A stretch of 64,000 bases of DNA, from assembly GCA_007376135.1 (NCBI GenBank), contig VMFR01000007.1:24287-88286 (forward strand), in the 5' to 3' direction. Position 1 is the first letter of the stretch. Each line of letters opens with the position of its first letter. A program made the translations under genes and the position numbers. This document shows positions 62,701-64,000 of the stretch, one piece after another. Under the pieces are notes generated by a model. It searched no databases. It saw only the letters and a program-made list of their open reading frames with translations, and was not told where the DNA came from. Source of the stretch: Parcubacteria group bacterium Gr01-1014_31. Its GTDB lineage: Bacteria; Patescibacteriota; Patescibacteriia; Buchananbacterales; GWA2-38-13.

Positions 62701-63058
62701 CTTTATCTGGCAAACGCAGGAGAATGCGACGGCGGCCTTGCGCCCTCGCCTCACGGTCCATTGCAAGAAGAATAGTTTCCGGCTGCGCGGCGGGCTGGTG
62801 CCGGCGGATGTTCCCTCCACGACCGGTATCTTCTGCATCACCGATCCGTTCACCTGTAATGTGCAGGGCGGCGGTTCGTGCACCGGGGTCACCCTGGTCG
62901 GTGCCGGTTGCATCGGCGGTTCCAGTACGAAGACCGTCGCGACCGGTTCTGGCGCCAGCTCGAACTACTGGCTGAAGGAAGCGGACTGGGCGCAGGGGAT
63001 ACCCGGCGGAACTTCGACGGGGGTCTACACCACAGTCATCACGTGGGACCTGCAGTAA
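56708..63058 (+). CDS. Giant secreted adhesin-like protein (DNRLRE/CBM96-like domains, DUF2341, LamG, YjiK/SdiA-regulated propeller, C-terminal WxL-like domain)
   Basis: Signal peptide; WWDSSWENR..NFPVLV..DVRFTD..FWVQVP (DUF2341); GYLDELRVY (LamG); WGETTATWN...RPKLTV (DNRLRE-like); DTEGI...QPEGL (propeller); terminal YTTVITWDLQ. Confidence 0.82.
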   Translation: MHRRYRTLLLGVLGILALSAAARFSDSRPHATQGAEEREVATSYRAYRGKLVAAQNVMREHPRAQEAVFRVANRNDAEARGLLNVKKFDLGAAQKRYLFFPGHINYVDEQGTVVEADPTFIVRPDGAYAMTKAGYQVLAPQFADGVLEFTVDGATVTFRALGLGTSTPATVPHVQGIPQENRVIYPDAFGVGIDYVIQAESDELRKLVVFRTPPVQDFDLRVEFATSLGDSGTIRGRNTKFGATFFRQPTIWDSAGKQLPITVELSGGKMTKVLPASFFAASPEFPLQYPVMTDVTTSYYAGAGDGYVYYSLEFESNWDTAHHDIGTNATANYTGTTGQIASQADSGGYKPMRAFFPIDTSGIANSDEITAVRLKLYATAKTNSDNDGNDYINVVQTTQADTASLVAADFDTCGSIHSPTTGATSVDIGNITTTAYNTLTLNSTGQGWISKTGTTQLGAREGHDLADDIPGSTNSVTFSTSEETGTSQDPVLEVDTTAATITSVSRKNDDGREVFATSTENIDVSTIFVGETAGNTTIEYVIFMDLDGDNAPDTNETYVTNNCAGSAAWSTNNYTHQTANFTIADGSSPKTDTWTCSTTSFPEENGVYKVYVKWYDGAGTISSTGTPSFQFCDQPTGEGSWWDSSWENRTLISFRSSTFSEALVNFPVLVKATSTNFGFDDPDSSAEDVRFTDEDASTLLNFEREYYDATTTKEAYFWVQVPKIATSTDCDYVFMYYDKAGATDAASTTATWRQDYYEAVWHFGEYATTSATTYSFQDGVLPDASYNATEDLNLESGTPTTNQNADTTIQVDVLSCAGGAGDCHALLQWDISSIPASCTVSSGSININVSNLSADRYGIYGVRRNWGETTATWNTYDGSNNWTTAGAIDTTNDRFATDLMNSNADGGWGSGSTGSITHAFDSDGVSFLNDLIDGVTTNNGFVIMDHDSTDDDGYAWAYEGNATATNRPKLTVVCGGGTEPVYLDSTSNNHDETNSSIASRREKAQSKFGYSPKFDGSTSVLGIPDSNGFDITSYTLTGWFRRDGTGDPVTMSLSQTMEPIIAKGYAEADTQAADIQYSAGFNRSGQSTLAGNWEDDRHAAGNDWSTLGGTTIANSVWRHFATRLKDKAIFNLYLDGFANNTTTYPINQGASTGGTMKLGIGTAYNTGGTSDGKWNGYLDELRVYKVAVATSTASNESEWLRAEWYTADNGMVEWGTEATTTASVSISSAANQTFVVNQSTTAISTISITEGTSPSITDANNIRIRIPSTFNMVFYTSDTAANIGGSDWAKTGAISQGGEVAVAYEDSNKTVVVPVTSNFSAQDDITVYGLSFTSFTAVSGSDNLELEVDNGGTIADTDDKTIEIVAPTLSSYASQTFTVSQAMTTSSPMTITDASSATITNTSNIRIRIPTGFNMVWDTADTIIKVAPTLADYTSFYSTNDLPTVTIDVSDVTYNTTTDTLFIVINGTPTIYEYTLGGSLSRTINMNGFIDTEGIDWMYGNQYVLTEERSPYDVIVVTLDSSTTTLAKSEGTVIDVGFTCTTNLCLEGIRYDVANDWFYAVTEKQAGGGNGGRVFRINNDATYTEFTDLGTALSNAGYTDLASLAYDEVTKDLFLLSQENSIIIQATTTGTIRGTRAVDTGIFTQPEGLEFSSNYDSMFIVGEPDDYQRLTRASKINNTATFEDSSKTLVLDVTSDFTASETRTIGFVSFKSFTASSAADNLELEVTNDANIQDYDDKTITITGGASLAVTASTTVLAFPVTSYNFSSQTTTATNAAQGSAYITGGSGTWTLNLNCNASGQGCYWYGPGTRSYSFQDGVSPTAGYAGTEDVNIKADGASTNYNGDTVNCVDYNGDGCQTPATGIHRVLMQWDISSISTDCTVSGASVTVNNEITNGDSIHRFGVYALRRNWGEGTVTWNTYDGSNNWSTAGAGDTSNDRYSTDLMDGNSDGGWGRAVQGTLTFDFDSDGVAQVQQWIDGTVVNNGIIVQDNDVGDTNAFIWQTQENATAALRPRLTVHCKKNSFRLRGGLVPADVPSTTGIFCITDPFTCNVQGGGSCTGVTLVGAGCIGGSSTKTVATGSGASSNYWLKEADWAQGIPGGTSTGVYTTVITWDLQ

Positions 63059-63099
63059 GGAAGTTCAAATGTCAAAGTTCACCTGTCGATGGAGTTTAG

Positions 63100-63567
63100 A
63101 ATTTTCAATTTCAAAATTTTCAATTTTCAATCAATTACCAATTTTCAGTTGTTCGTTGAAGTATGAAGTATGATTTAGAGGAGAGGACTCAAAAGTTCGG
63201 TGAAGATATCATTGAATTTGCAAAAGTCATTCCGAGAAATATCATTACGATTCCTCTCATTAGCCAGCTCGTTAGTGCAGGCATAAGTATCGGGGCGAAC
63301 TATTGTGAAGCAACGGGAGCGAGTTCCAGAAAAGATTTTAGAAACAAGATATTTATTTGCAAAAAGGAAGCTCAAGAAAAAAACACTGGCTAAGAATGGT
63401 GGTTAAAGCCGTTCCTGAAATACGGGATAAAGCTAGAAAGCTTTGGCGGGAAGCGCAAGAGTTGACCCTGATTTTTAATAAGATTACCTCAAGTTCGAAA
63501 AAATTGGATTGATTAATTAAAATTTGAAAATTATTTGAAAATTGAAAACTGGTAATTGAAAATTTTT
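63100..63567. mobile_element. AT-rich insert bounded by inverted AATTTTC/GAAAATT heptamer arrays, carrying a four-helix-bundle gene
   Basis: TCAATTACCAATTTTCA (63131-63147) matches the reverse complement of 63543-63559 at 16/17; sharp drop in GC. Confidence 0.6.
63163..63512 (+). pseudogene. Four helix bundle protein (23S rRNA IVP/S23 family), split by a -1 frameshift at A_AAA_AAC (63378-63384)
   Basis: YDLEERT...SQLVSAGISIGANYCEA..ASSRKDFRNKIFICKKEAQE, then in the -1 frame HWLRM...LWREAQELTLIFNKI to TGA at 63510. Confidence 0.85.
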
Positions 63568-63782
63568 AGGATTACCTGCTTCGTATTTTGGATTTTCCTG
63601 CTGCCTATACTCCCTATAGGCATTTTTGTTTTCCACGTTTTTCCTCTGGAGCGTGCGGGCAGGGTAGTGTAGAGTAAGGGTACCGGTGCGCCGTGCGTGC
63701 CGGAAAAAACAAAACACAAAACCAACACGGAAAAACAAAAAGTTCCCGTGAGGTTTTTGTATTGTCGTGATTTTTCGCCTTC

Positions 63783-64000
63783 ATGATTCGACCGATCCAC
63801 CGGGCACAAAAGAAATCGGCCCTTCGTCAGCGGGCGCGATGGTCGCGTCATTTTCACCGATTGCGGGTCTTGGCGGTCGCTATCGCGCTGCTGCAGGTCG
63901 TAACGTTGGCCGGGTCCCTGCTGGTCGGCAAAACGGTGTCGGTCGTGCGCGCCGAAGACATCCAGGTGCAGCTGCAGATCCTGGCGGTGGGTGTTGACCG
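63783..64000 (+). CDS. Secreted protein, 3'-partial, probably part of the WxL cluster
   Basis: MIRPIHRAQKK...VLAVAIALLQVVTLAGSLLV...VRA-EDIQVQLQILAVG; open to the window end; not in the supplied ORF track. Confidence 0.65.
   Translation, partial: MIRPIHRAQKKSALRQRARWSRHFHRLRVLAVAIALLQVVTLAGSLLVGKTVSVVRAEDIQVQLQILAVGVD

Noticed and set aside
63163-63512. Diversity-generating retroelement (Avd-like gene next to a large adhesin)
   Set aside because: No reverse transcriptase and no TR/VR pair differing only at adenines; the two DNRLRE-like copies differ at all base types.

Overview
A GC-rich (roughly 60% by eye) bacterial chromosome segment. Its gene content and style suggest a Patescibacteria/CPR (Parcubacteria-like) genome: mostly SD-less starts, many large surface proteins, a VirB2-like pilin and a four-helix-bundle gene. 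That assignment is an inference. Housekeeping genes: ileS, ruvA, tRNA-Arg(CCG), murE, rpoB-rpoC, ftsK, recA, rpsF-ssb-rpsR-efp, ychF, glyA-folD, a phosphomannomutase, murI, gdhA and trpS. Interleaved accessory loci include a six-dockerin surface protein, an M11-type metalloprotease with a dockerin, two thrombospondin/Ig surface proteins, and a class A beta-lactamase-like gene flanked by 25-bp palindromic direct repeats. The most notable features are five. (1) A WxL/DUF916-like cell-surface cluster whose small WxL-like subunit is fused to an N-terminal MerR-type HTH, plus a 2.1-kaa adhesin built from nested domain insertions. (2) A T-box riboswitch that controls a small 4xCxxC protein rather than trpS directly. 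(3) Three ~104-bp inverted-repeat units with unrelated interiors sitting against start codons of regulatory genes. (4) A recurring family of 7-nt-period inverted repeats that flank a frameshifted four-helix-bundle gene, fill three consecutive spacers of the rpsF operon and are inserted in frame in ileS. (5) An IleRS2 with the GxHH signature motif. All calls were made by eye, without database searches.
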